A stretch of DNA of 64,000 bases from Octopus sinensis (Eukaryota): positions 20,770,001 to 20,834,000 of the forward strand of contig NC_043010.1 of assembly GCF_006345805.1 (NCBI RefSeq). The letters run 5' to 3'. A program made the position numbers and the translations under genes. Numbering within the stretch: the first letter of the stretch is position 1; each line of letters opens with the position of its first letter. Under the pieces are notes generated by a model. It made no database searches, had not been told where the DNA came from, and worked only from the letters and a program-made list of their open reading frames with translations. Below are positions 41,050 to 54,220 of this stretch, piece after piece.

Positions 41050-42835
41050 ATCCACTTATAAAAGTGGCGACAGGATATTCGAAGCTTATATTTTCTTTTG
41101 ATACAAAATCAAATAAAAATGAACCTCCATGGCGCAGTTGCAACGGCAGAAACACCAGCAACAGTTACAGCAGCAATTACAACAACAACAACGACGGCAA
41201 CAGCAACAAAAACAACAACAACTACTACACCAACAGTTGTAGAATTAATGTTGAAGTTCAAAAATACTTCAGGGCCGTTCGCACCAGACGGCGTAGCAAA
41301 TGCAATTGCATAATTTAGTTATAACCCAGAAGAAGGTATTACTTTTTCTGTATATTTCCGAAGGTATGAATAAATCTTCAAAGAGGAATGCAAAAATTGG
41401 ACGGACAATGAAAAGGTACGACTACTTTTAAGAAAACTATCCCCTGCCGAACGCGAAAAATACTGAAACTACATTCTGCACCCCCACCACAAAAAAAAAA
41501 AAAACATGTGAAATTAGTTTGAATGAATCAATTAAATTGTTAACGAAAATTTTCAGTGAGGGAAGTTCCCTGTTCAATACTTGCTGGGAGTGTATGAATT
41601 TAGTAAAAAAGATGGTTTCGTCACCTATGCCGGAATCGTCAATCGAGAATGCGAAAAATTCAAACTTTGGATATATTAAAATGTCTAATTTTAAGCAAAG
41701 ATGCTGAGATACGAACCCGGATATTAACAAAATTAGAATAGGACCAGAATTTGGATCTGCAGGCAGCTGTAGTGGAATGTCAGAGAATTATTAATCTCCA
41801 TCATAACGCAAGTAAGATTGAAGAAAAAAGATTACTCTCACATACATGCGTGTCGACCTGTAACGGATAAGGAAAAAGAAAAACGAAGATGAAGACCCAA
41901 TCCATGCTATGGGTGCGGAGGTCTACATTTTAGAAATAACTCTTTGTTTAAAAATTTAATGTTTTAACTGTCAAAAAATTGGATATAAAGACTCATATTG
42001 CGGAGTAAAACAAAGGTCGCACGAAAACACTTTTGGAAAGGTTTTCTCAGCAGAAAGTCTGGGCGAGGCTCACAAAAGAAAGTTTGTGTACATAAAATTA
42101 ATAATATGAACGTGAAGTTACAGCTAGATATAGACAATGATATTACAATTATTGACACTGACACATGGAGAAAAATAGGAAAGCCTACATTAATGGAAAC
42201 TTCAAAAATTGCGAAAAATTGTCTCAGGAAAAAAAATTACATTTTTGGGGGAGAAATGGTAACTGAGGTAACATTTCGGAGTAAAACATTGAAAGAAAAA
42301 GATTTTGTGTTAAATAATGCAACAAATTTGGTCGGTGCTGACTGGATGGAATTGTTTAATTTATTGAACCTCCCCATAAATCTGTTCTGTAAAACATAAA
42401 TGGTTTTTCCATCAGTAAAAACAAGTCGTTATACGAATTAAAAGAAAAAGTAAAAGATATTTTTCCTAGAGTTCTATCCTACAAATTAGGCCTGTGTACC
42501 AAGACAAAGGCATGTTTTAAAGTACTATTCTTTAAATCAAATCGAATGGTGCCCTTCGAAACGATGAAGAATTAGAGATACTAGAAAAAATTGGAGTTAT
42601 TCGAAAAGCAGAATATTCTAAATGGGCAGCACCAACTGTGTATATTACAGAAAAGAATAATAAAATCAGAGTGTGTGCCGATGTTTCCACTGAGTTAAAT
42701 GAATGTCTTAAAACATGCCACCATCCGCCACCTACTCCGGAGGATATTTTTGCGAAGTTAAACGGTTAAAATATATTTTCTAAGCTGGATCATCTCTTTG
42801 ACGCATACCTACAAATTTCAATGAAGGAGCCTTGG
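41037..42835 (+). mobile_element. Ty3/Gypsy (K02A2.6/Mag-like) LTR retrotransposon remnant: PBS, gag, zinc knuckle, protease, start of RT
   Basis: FSYNPEEGITF..KVRLLLRKL, PCYGCGGLH, KLQLDIDNDITII, KWAAPTV..RVCAD..DAYLQI; many stops and frameshifts. Confidence 0.88.
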
Positions 42836-43418
42836 GTCTAGGTTAGTAACCGGCTCTTTCTCTAATGTGAAGAAATCTTGAAATAAAACTGAACAATTGC
42901 ACACATACATACACACCACACACACACACATACATACATACATACACACATACATACATAATACATACATACATACACACACACATACATATATTTCAGT
43001 GCCCAGTGTGCATTTTATTGATGCCTTTCTACCAATATTCTTTCATATTTTGAAGCATTATAGCCTTCACCTCGTTGTATTTCCTTATATTTATTGTCCT
43101 CAAGTTTGTGTTTTCTCGGATTGCATTCCACAATATTCTTGCTATGATATCATATCTCATTAATAGAAAATACGAAGATGATATTTTCAGAAATCTACTA
43201 ATGATGTAAGCTATATTAAATCCCTGAGCGAGATGTCAACAGTGGCAATACGGAATCGTAGCATATAATTGCCAACCAAATGTGATTTCCTATACAGGAC
43301 AGTGATACTGACGTTTATACCCCAGTAAGACATCTCTTCTAGCTGGCTAACAACACACATTCTGTGTCCAATTAGTATTTGCGAGGTGAGGTCATCGCTC
43401 CGATCCCTAGTCTTACGT

Positions 43419-45080
43419 GATACACATGGACTCGAGTTTCTGGGTGGTTACCCGTCCTCAGCGTTTGTTAATTACCAGCTAGTGATGAAAACTCACCCCA
43501 TTCGCAAAATTCTTTATGCTTTTTCCTACGAAGAACCGTCGCTGATCTCGAATAAGGAGAAATAAGCTATATTAAATCTCTGAGCGAGATATAAACAGTA
43601 GCAATACGGAACCATAACATATAGTTGATATCTTTATTACTATTTCTACTGAGTCTACACCGGTTGTTGTCTCTAGGTTGTTTATTTGCATCGCGATCCT
43701 TTTTGTACATCAGGAATTTTTGTCATCATCTCTCTCTCCTCTACCACAAAGGCTTACCAAAAGCTAATATCTCGGTTGCCTTGATCAAGGATTCACTATT
43801 CTGGTTATCAATGTTGCTATCAGTTCGAAGCCTTCTGGGAATAATATTTATGCATGACTTTTTCGTTATATGCATACAGATTGCCTTTCCTATACCCTAT
43901 AGTACATCAGTTCAAGAATACTTCCCGAGGAGCTCCTTTCAAATATACTCATGATTTTATCAACCTCCCTGGATAGATCTTCAGCATCTGGTGGTTAGTA
44001 AATGTTATTAAAAGGATATGATATGGCATTTGTTGGCAGTTGGAAACGGATGTTGAGCTTCGACTACGTAAACTTAATTTTAAGCAATGGCGACCTATGT
44101 TACTGTTCATGTGTGCATTTCTGGTGCGGAAGAGAGCTTTGTGTTTTACTAACGATATCTGAATCTCATCTAGCGTCCAGCTGAGTAACTCTGTCATCTA
44201 CTATTGTATCAAACCATTGCTTATGTTACTCTAGAGGTTTGTCAGAAGAGCCCCTTTTCGGCCGCCTGCACCCGCGGTCTTATTACACTTTTGGTAATTA
44301 CCTAACATTCATGACTACAGGTTTGGAGAGGCACGAAAATGGAAATGAAGATAAGGAATTTGGATTTTTTTTCTACCAGCCTCTCCTCTTCTAAGGACTG
44401 AATACCGGGGTTGGCACATGTGCCAGCACCTGCAATCTCTAGCGTCCATCCAATCCACTTGCTTCTATTCTCTCGTACGTACGGCCCCGGGAGGTACTTA
44501 AACGACTCGTTATCTCAATGATGTTCCACAACAATGAAGATTGCGCTGGGACGAGTTTCTTGAGAGAAACCATGTCGTTGACTTCGCATCACTAATCCTC
44601 ATCTCTGCCGATACACGTAACTAAAGCTGTACAACATTTTGTGCGGTGTCTTAACTATTCTGCCATTTGGCTGCATCTAACAACAACAACAACAACAACA
44701 ACAACGACGACGACGACGATGACGACGATGATGACGACGACGACGACAATGATGACGACGACGACAACATCAACAGCAGCAATAACAACAATTAAGCAAT
44801 AATAACAATGTTGGTTTTGATACACATGGACTCGAGTTTCTGGGTGGTTACCCGTCCTCAGCGTTTGTTAATTACCAGCTAGTGATGAAAACTCACCCCA
44901 TTCGCAAAATACTTTGTGCTTTTTCCTACGACGAACCGTCGCTGATCTCGAATAAGGAGAAATAAGCTATATTAAATCTCTGAGCGAGATATAAACAGTA
45001 GCAATACGGAACCATAACATATAGTTGATATCTTTATTACTATTTCTACTGAGTCTACACCGGTTGTTGTCTCTAGGTTG
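43419..45080. repeat. 262-bp near-identical direct repeat (43419-43680 and 44819-45080)
   Basis: Only about 3 mismatches; offset exactly 1400 bp. Confidence 0.95.
43421..43469 (-). ncRNA. Minimal type I hammerhead ribozyme-like motif (duplicate at 44821-44869)
   Basis: Minus strand reads aacaaacg CUGAGGA cGGGU aacc ACCCa GAAAC UCGA GUC catgtgta; palindromic stem III ACUCGAGU; stem I is only 5/8 paired. Confidence 0.6.
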
Positions 45081-47256
45081 AGTAGGTCAGTGTCTCTGTC
45101 TTCGTAACGCTTATCCTCATCCTAGAGGATTTATGTCACAGAAACCGTAAAGCATTTAGTCCGGGGCTTTGAATATTCTCCTAGCTACTGCCTTAACAAT
45201 AACAATAATAATGGATTTTGATGTAGACACAAGGTCAACAATTTTGGGGCAGAAGAAAGTAGTCACTACCGTCACCACCAGCACTTGACTGGGATTTGAA
45301 CTCAACTGGTAAAGGACGGCAAAGCGTTTTGTCCGACGCTCTAACGTTTCAGCTACCACGCTGCTCGTAATGATAACAACAACAACAACAATAATAATAA
45401 CAACCACAATGTTGGGTGTTGAATATAGATGTTATCTCAGTAAGTACTGAGCGTAACGAATCATTATGTGACAAGTTTTTGTGAATAAAAACACCTTCTT
45501 CATTCCATTTTGATTTCATTGGAACATTTCTGTCCAGTATTATGCTTGGCAGAGCTGGTTTTCCAACATGACTTTAGAGACTGTACCACTTCAAACATAA
45601 TATTTTCAGTAGTTTTAATGACTGAAGCTGCAGTCGTCTGTGCTGCAGCATTTTGTTCAGTTTGGATATGAAATAGGTAACACCAAGGTGGCGTGCTGGC
45701 AGAAACATAAGCACCCTGAGCGAAATGCTTAGAGGTATTTCATCTGTCTTTACGTTCTGAGTTCAAGTTCCGCCGAGGTCGACTGTGTCTTTCATCCTTT
45801 CGGGGTCGATAAATTAAGTACCAGTTACGTACTGTATTCGATCTAATCGACTGGCACCACTTCTCCCCAAAATTTTGGGCCTTGTGCCTAGAGTAGAAAA
45901 GAAATAGGTAACACCATTTTAAATATGCAAAAAGAAAACAATTAATTGAATTGAAAGTGGTGTTTCCATAATTTTGTATAACCAATATGTAATTTGTGAT
46001 ACGTGTACGTTCGTATGTATGTATGTATGTATGTATGTATGTATGTATGTATGTATGTATGTATGTATGTATGTATGTATGTATGTATGTATGTATGTAT
46101 GTATTTGTCTGTCTTCCTGTCTGTCTGACTATCTGTCTGTCTGACTATCTGTCTGTCTGACTATCTGTCTGTCTGTCTGTCTGTCTGTATGTATGTCTAT
46201 CTATCTATCTATATATCTATCTATCTATCTATCTATCTATCTAACTAGCAAACGCTCTCACACACATGCTCACACATTCACACACACACAAGCATACACA
46301 CAAATACTCACACACTCGTTCATACATACATGCTCTCACACACACACAAGCATACACACAAATACTCACACACTCGTTCATACATACATGCTCTCACACA
46401 CACACAGACAGGCTCACAGACTCACAAACACACACACAAACACAAAGATATATATATTTGTATATCCATCCAACCGTCTTCTTTGCCTCGTATTCCTGGG
46501 GGAACACTGAGATTAGATACTCAGGCATCTACACAATAATGCTTTCTCAGAACCAACCCTCATTTGATTTTCCGGCTGGATTCCCAAGCATCAACAAATG
46601 AGACTATTAATATTATCCAACTATCTCGTTGATGTTGTAGGTCTTGGTACTTCGCCCTTTGGCTTGTTTTGGAGAATTCGTCTTGTGATTCTTTCCTGTA
46701 ACATTCGAACCATATGCTCGCAGTACCGGAGCTACGATATCTCAATGCCGAGAAATAGCGACTCGTCTTGGAGAGACTCCCTGATCCCCATGCTATGCGA
46801 CCTCTCGAATAACGTTAGCCCACAGACAATTCAGGGGTACCCAGTTTCGGCCGCTTGTTTTCTCGATTGTACACTTTCGGTTCTTTCCCACTATTCGTGA
46901 CAATAGATGAAAATAGACACAAAAACCGGAATCAAGGTAGCCAAATTGGCTTTTTTACTCACCTCTTTTCTTCTAAAGATCGAATGCAGGTGCCAACATG
47001 TCTGTGAAAGCACTTGCGATTCTTGTCTCCAATTTAAGCTTCCTGCCTCCCATCACCTTTGAATATGCTCTCAAGATTCTTAAGCGTCTCCATATGTTTA
47101 GCTGATGTTCCACTAGCAAGCATAGGCACGTGTTTCTTGAGAAGACCAAGGTTTCTGTCTTCGCAACACATATCTTCATCCGAGAGGATTTATGTAACAA
47201 ACCCCGCAAAGTCCGGTGCTTTGACTATTATCCAGCTTACTGCTTTAAAATAACAA

Positions 47257-48124
47257 CTAGCGTAGTTTTACTGAGTTTCCACTGATTGATTGGCAATTTT
47301 GGTAAACTCGAATCAAATTAAGATTTCTTGCACGAAAAGGATCACCCTGATAACCTTATGCCCCTGCTGTGCAGGTAGCAAATGATTCGATCTTAGGCTG
47401 AATGCAAACAAATAAACGTTTTTTTTTATGAAAATCCCTTGGGGGTGGGGGTCAACTTACCCATTTATTATTTTTAATCCTACTTGAATAAAACATACTG
47501 GGCTCTCGCCGAAAGCATAAAAGTAAAGCCCTTCCTAAATAGATTCATTGAATAAGTTCCAACTCTTTGATGGCATACTTAAGGAACGATAGCATATCAA
47601 GCATATTTGGTCTTTCATGAAAATTCCGCTCTCTTGTCATTCACTTGGTCTAACTCGTTAATTATTCCCCGCATTTCTCAAATAAGAAAAGCGTGCACGT
47701 TTGAAAGCCCAAACACATGATAACGCGTCTTCGCAAAACACAAAAATGCGCTGAGTCATACAGACTGTCTGCAAATGCGCACGTGCATTCAACTGTCAAG
47801 GGTAAAATTATCTCCGTCCAATCAAAAAACAGCTGGCAGTCTTTTGGCGTATCTAGCTGTACGCACGCACCACGTAGAAATTTCTGTTTTAGCGATTTTG
47901 AATGGATATGCCCATAACTTATGGGCATAAGCGGTCGGTTTATTGATTTTTTTAATGGCTTTCTGGGGTGACTGGGGAAATGAAAATATCTTCACAACCA
48001 TCCTCAGACAGTTTTGAAAGCCCAAAGAAAATGCGAGCCTTTTACGTGAAAAACTGTGGATTTCTATAAAGGACACACAGACACACAGATACACAGACAT
48101 TTTGCCGTTTATAGATATAGAGAT
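47257..48124 (+). mobile_element. Non-autonomous Helitron-like (Lep1/DINE-type) insertion
   Basis: Starts ctagc and ends (acag)n..tttatagatatagagat with no TSD; absent from the paralogous site at 45195-45215; internal 23-bp hairpin at 47907-47929. Confidence 0.55.
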
Positions 48125-48299
48125 AATAATGGATTTTAATGTAGGCACAAAGTCAGCAATTTGTAGGGCAGAAGAAAGTAGTCGCCACGATCAACACCAG
48201 CACTTGACTGGGATTTGAACCCAACAAGTAAGGACGGCAAAGCATTTTGTCTGACGCTCTAGCATCTCAGCTACCTCACTGCTCGTAATAATAATAATA

Positions 48300-48870
48300 A
48301 TAATACTTCCAAGATTTGGAATTCTGAAGGTAAGAAGTAGCCGATTACATCGACACCAGTGTTCCACTGGTTCTTAATTTATTGATCCCAAAATTTGAAC
48401 TCAGTTAACACCTTAACAATAATAATAATAATGGCTTTAAATTTTGTCACAAGGGTAGCCATTTTTGTGGGGAGGGGCTGTGTCGATTACAGAGACCCCA
48501 GTGCTCAACGGGCACTTAACTTATCGACTCTGAAAGGATGAAAAGCAAAGTCAACCCCGGCGGAATTTTAACTCAGAATTTAGTGGCAGACAAAATATCG
48601 CTAAGCATTTCGCCAGGTGTGCTAACATTTCTGCCAGCTCGCCGCTTTAACAATAATAATGATAATCCATTCTACTAAAGGTACAAGGCCTGAAATTTGT
48701 GGGGTGGAGGTATTACGATCACATCGTTTCACTGGTACTTAATTTATCGACCCCAAAAGGATGAAAAGCAAAGTCGACTTCGGCGGAATTTGAACTCAGA
48801 ACGTAAAGACGGACGAAAAACCACTAAGCACTTTCCCCGGTGTGTTAACGATTCTGCCAGCTCGCCGCCT
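48300..48870 (-). mobile_element. Cluster of SINE A copies, tail type 2
   Basis: Cores at about 48540 and 48765; tails open into (AAT)n. Confidence 0.8.
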
Positions 48871-49249
48871 TCAATAACAATAATGATAACAATGTTGGGT
48901 GTTGAATATAGATGTTATCTCAATAAGTACAGAGCGTAACGAATCTTTATGTGACAAGTTTTTGTAAATGAAAACAACCTTCTTCATTCCATTTTGATTT
49001 CATTGGAACCTTTTGATAAACAACAAATCACCACCCAATATACCACAGCTGGCGAAACAGACGAAATAAAAGAAAGATATTAAAATGTCCAAACGTTTAA
49101 TTAAAAGCAATCGTCATGCTACATCGGAGAAAAATGTAAATGCAGTTAATAAAACTAAAATTGTGTTTGTGTGTGTGTGTGTGTGTGTAAGTCAGACAAA
49201 AGAAAGGAAACACTTTTTTCATTGGAAGTTTTATGGTTTTTTATGAAAA

Positions 49250-49790
49250 CATTCAAAATTTGGCATCGACCGCAGCTTGAGTTTGTTCAGGTACTGACTC
49301 ATACAGTAAATGGTCTTTTAGCGGAATTTTGAGCCATTCTTCAAGTGAAATCTACTTTAGGTCTTTAGGCCACGGCAGCAGAAAGACTTGGTTCTTTAAT
49401 TATTGCGGCAAAATTAAGCACAAATGTTCGATTATGTTGAGATCTTGTGATTCTGTGGGCCAGGCCGTGTGGTCTATTTCGCACTTGTGTTCTGTGTACC
49501 AATTTTAAATAACATCAGCCTTGTGAATCGCTGCATTATCATTCTGGAATATTGCGTTGACAATGGGGAACGGTGTTTGTATGTGTAGCCAAGATACTTA
49601 GATAATCTTTGGCATTCACTCTACCTTGTACAGTAACAAAGAGGCCAAGAAAATTATGTGATATGACTGCCCTAATCCAGACAGAGCTATCACGATGATT
49701 CACAGGTTGCTTTCTAGACATAAACTTGTCCACAAGTGAGAAAAAGGTGGTATTTTGACTCAAGAGACACGATAACATTGATCACATCTG
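49250..49790 (-). pseudogene. Tc1 transposase remnant (cassette copy D)
   Basis: GLFVTVQGRVNAKDYLSIL matches 39290-39330. Confidence 0.65.
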
Positions 49791-50223
49791 ATAGTCTGAA
49801 ACAATTTTTCCCCTGTTTATCAACGTTGGTGGTAGGATAGAAGTGTTTTAATAATTAAAACCCTCCCATGCTATCCAAATTTAAGGAGGTATGACAAATA
49901 TTTTTGAGTGTCAGTGGTTTTTTTGCAAGGTGGTTTCTTAGCTCTGCTGTCACATATGTTGTAAGTGCTTTGCATTTTGTCGTCTATTATGTCCGCTAGA
50001 GGCGGTTTTCCAACATCATTTCAGAGACTGTACCACTTTAAACATTAACAAATTCAACAGTTTTAGGAACAAGCTTCAACCAACTGTGCCCTAACAATTT
50101 GTTTTATTTGCGATCAGGACACAACTTTACTTACGCATATATACAGACTTGAAGATTTTTAAATCTGTTATATTGGCAAAAGAAAAAAATGAAAGCAATG
50201 TATCAATTAGTTTGTTCACCCAG

Positions 50224-50261
<38 letters not shown>

Positions 50262-50298
50262 ATATATAAATATATACACACTTCCATACATACATACA

Positions 50299-50329
<31 letters not shown>

Positions 50330-50330
<1 letters not shown>

Positions 50331-50486
50331 ACCGCGTGTGTATCGTTGGTGATTTTTTTCCTCTGTCTTCCCTTCCTTGGATCTTTCCTTTTTCTATGTT
50401 TCTGACGAAGAGCTCCGCTCGAAACGTTAAATCCTCCTTCTTTCTTTCTTTTCTGAGCGTCCAATAACACTGTACTTATTCCACGT

Positions 50487-50490
<4 letters not shown>
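50330..50490 (+). mobile_element. Solo Penelope-type pseudo-LTR unit in (TA)n with hammerhead motif at 50398-50432
   Basis: gttt CUGACGA a GAGC ucc GCUC GAAAC GUU aaat; bounded by TA/TACA microsatellites. Confidence 0.65.
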
Positions 50491-50530
<40 letters not shown>

Positions 50531-50608
50531 ATATATATATGTATATATATATATATTATATATATATATATACATATATATATACATATATATAACATAT
50601 ATATATAT

Positions 50609-50722
<114 letters not shown>

Positions 50723-51089
50723 ATATAAAGTTATAAGTACCAGAAAAATAGTTTGAGGAAATTTTATTTTTGACGAGAAAATTCAAATAACACGACAAAT
50801 TGTTTCGTAACTTAAAAGCATGTAAATGATTTATGTTATTATATTTAATAAATACGTTACATGCCTGTAGTAATGCAAAATGCACAAAATTCTTTCAAAA
50901 TAAGACAGGATTTTAGCCGCACGCAATAGAAAGCCATACAGAAAAATTTAGTGGTTACGAAACGTGACTGGGAAGGTGCTAAGAGCATAGTTATTGTTAG
51001 AAATAAGAGTTAAAACTCTTGGAGCTGCGTTAAAAGCACATTTATATATCCTGACAGGGTAGATAAATGCTCCATGAACAAAGCTAGAA

Positions 51090-51730
51090 CACTGGACCAC
51101 GCCGGGTGAAATACTTAGCGGCATTTCGTCTGTCGTTACGTTGTGAGTTCAAATTCCGCCGAGGTCGACTTTGCCTTTCATCCTTTCGGGGTCGATTAAA
51201 TAAGTACCAGTTACGCACTGGGGTTGATATAATCGACTTAATCCGTTTGTCTGTCCTTGTTTGTCCTCTCTGTGTTTAGCCCCTTGTGGGTAGTAAAGAA
51301 ACAGGTATTTCGTCAGTCGTTACGTTCTGTGTTCAAATTCCGCCGAGGTCGACTTTGCCTTTCATCCTTTCGGGGTCGATAAATTAAGTACCAGTTACGC
51401 AGTGGGGTCGATGTAATCGACTTAATCCCTTTGTCTGTCCTTGTTTGTCTTCTCTATGTTTTGCCCCTTATGGATAGGAAAGAAATAAGTATTTCGTCTG
51501 CCGCTACGTTCTGAGTTCAAATTCCGCCGAGGTCGACTTTGCCTTTCATCCTTTCGGGGTCGATGAATTAAGTACCAGTTACGCACTGGGGTCGATGTAA
51601 TCGACTTAATCCGTTTGTATGTCCTTGTTTGTCCCCTCTGTGTTTAGCCCCTTGTGGATAGTAAATAAATTAAATAAGTACTAGTTACGCAGTGGGGTCG
51701 ATGTCCCCTCTATGTTTAGCTCCTATTGGC
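51090..51730 (+). mobile_element. SINE A head-to-tail array (about 3.5 units, period about 184 bp)
   Basis: gttcaaattccgccgagg at about 51148, 51332 and 51516. Confidence 0.92.
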
Positions 51731-51859
51731 AATAAAGAAATTAATATGTCTATTATAGTATATTGAATTAAATGCACATGTTTTAGTTGCTTGTGGTCAC
51801 ACGTTCGAAAATTTAGGATATTTCGATATTTATTGCTTTATTAAAGCTATAATACTCGG

Positions 51860-52040
51860 TTTAGCCACTACGCACATGTTTTTTCTCTCCTTGTTTTTTT
51901 CTGTGTCCCTTTCTGTAGAAGAGCGTAGGCTCGAAACGTAAAATACTTTTTCTATTCCTGAGCGTTATACTAATGCATCTGCTTGTTTTGTACACCACCT
52001 GTCTTCGTCTTTTGTTTTTTTCGTAAACTCTCCCTATACA
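51860..52040 (+). mobile_element. Penelope-type pseudo-LTR unit with hammerhead-like motif at 51910-51943
   Basis: uuu CUGUAGA a GAGC guag GCUC GAAAC GUA aaa; A6 of the core is U; ends in tatacatata. Confidence 0.6.
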
Positions 52041-52436
52041 TATATACAAAGCAGTGCATTACAAGGATATATATAGATACAAGCGTAAAAGTAGAAAAGA
52101 AGTTCTGAACGTATTGTCAAATCAGGATTTCCCGTTTCTCATTGAGCTCATTTACCAATCAATGTGAAGAAATCAGTGTGAGTGAAAGGAGTGAAATGTT
52201 TCCATGGATCCGGGTAGGGTTGAGTTTTAAAAGCAACACTGACACCAGTTGCTTATATATCACTTCCTTGTGACACACTCAAAAGAGACACATAGACCTG
52301 ATCACTTCACAGTCCACAGACGATAATAAGCACATCACTTTCGAATCACCGTTTTAAGTCAAAAATAAATAAATAAATAAATAAATAAAGAGATACACAC
52401 ACTGGATCATGTAGCGGGTAAGAAATAAAAGATGAC

Positions 52437-53213
52437 TAGCTGGCAGAATCGTTAGCACGCCGAGCGAAATGCTTAGCGGTATTTAGTCTGCCGTTACGTT
52501 GTGAGTTCAAATTCCGCCGAGGTCGACTTTGCCTTTCATCCTTTCGGGGTCGATTAAATAAGTACCAGTTACGCACTGGGGTCGATGTAATCGACTTAAT
52601 CCGTTTGTCTGTCCTTGTTTGTCCCCTCTGTGTTTAGCCCCTTGTGGGTAGTAAAGAAATAGGTATTTCATCTGCCGTTACGTTCTGAGTTCAAATTCTG
52701 CCGAGGTCGACTTTGCCTTTCATCCTTTCGGGGTCGATAAATTAAGTACCAGTTACGCACTGGGGTCGATGTAATCGACTTAATCCGTTTGTCTGTCCTT
52801 GTTTGTCCCCTCTGTGTTTAGCCCCTTGTGGGTAGTAAAGAAATAGGTATTTCATCTGCCGTTACGTTGTGAGTTCAAATTCCGCCGAGGTCGACTTTGC
52901 CTTTCATCTTTTCGGGGTCGATAAATTAAGTACCAGTTACGCACTGGGGTCGTTGTAATCGACTTAATCCGTTTGTCTGTCCTTGTTTGTCCCTTTTGTA
53001 TTTCGTCCCTTGTGGATAGTAAAGAAATAGGTATTTCATCTGCCGTTACGTTGTGAGTTCAAATTCCGCCGAGGTCGACTTTGCCTTTCATCCTTTCGGG
53101 GTCGATTAAATAAGTACCAGTTACGCACTGGGGTCGATGTAATCTACTTAATTCGTTTGTCTGTCCTTGTTTGTCCCCTCTGTGTTTAGCCCCCTGTGGA
53201 TAGTAAAAAAACA
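52437..53213 (+). mobile_element. SINE A tetramer, exact 184-bp period, single head, 20-bp TSD
   Basis: gagttcaaatt at 52503, 52687, 52871 and 53055; ggtaagaaataaa(a/c)gatgac at 52417-52436 and 53214-53233. Confidence 0.95.
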
Positions 53214-53994
53214 GGTAAGAAATAAACGATGACATGGTCATGAACGTAATGTTTTGATCATAGATATCTTGATCAAGTTAGATGTGGCGCCAAGCAGCTT
53301 TAGTAGCAGGTGGACCAAGCGAGTAAATCACCTGTTGTTGTCAAGATAGAAATCCAGATGTTATGTTTGTCTACTTCTCTCATGATATATCTATTTGATA
53401 AATTGTTTACCCTGTTACAAATTATCAAATATTGTCCACGCTCCTAACAAAAGAACTTGAAGTTATATAAACCAGCTTTCTCTGTTTGTGTAATCAACCT
53501 TTCAGCGTAGAGTAGCGCAAACATTGTGAATATTTAGAAGTTTCAGTGATACAATTTGTGACGATCCAACGTGTTCGTAGTTTAATAACCTGAGTACAAT
53601 TTCCAATTTTTTTATTTATTTATTTATCTCGTGGCGCCGATCAAGTTTGAAGGTTTAAAGGAAGGTTGACATTCTGCTGTTTTGGGGCAAATCATTTACA
53701 AGGTGGAGTGCTTGTAGACATTCCTGTTTTTTTTTTTTTTCGTTTCATAACATAAAGAAGCAGAACACAGTACATTGTGAATAACCTCGATTGAAACTCA
53801 GGCCTCAACCAGAGCTTTAGAAAAATAAAGCTGGTCGCAGAGGCCTTTGGGACCGAGTATGAGTGGGAGAGGACAAAGATTAAATTTATTCTCTTACATT
53901 GAGAAAATACTACAGAAGTACAAAGACACAAGAACACACGAGGAATTCCAATCCGATTTCATATTTCGCAATATTTAGTAACACAGTTAGTAAC

Positions 53995-54159
53995 ATAGGC
54001 GCAGGCGTGGCTGTGTGGTAAGAAGCTTGTTTCCCTACCACATGGTTCTGGATTCAGTCCCACTTCGTGGCACCTTGGGAAAATGTCTTCTACTACAGCT
54101 TCGGGCCAACCAAATCCCTGTGAGTGGATTTGGTACACGGAAGCTGAAAGAAGCCCGTC

Positions 54160-54220
<61 letters not shown>

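Noticed and set aside
43419-45080. Direct repeats as retroviral-type LTRs
   Set aside because: No TG..CA termini pair, PBS or polypurine tract, and no gag/pol between them.
51090-53213. Regularly spaced repeats as a CRISPR array
   Set aside because: Units are contiguous 184-bp SINE bodies without unique spacers; eukaryotic context and no cas genes.
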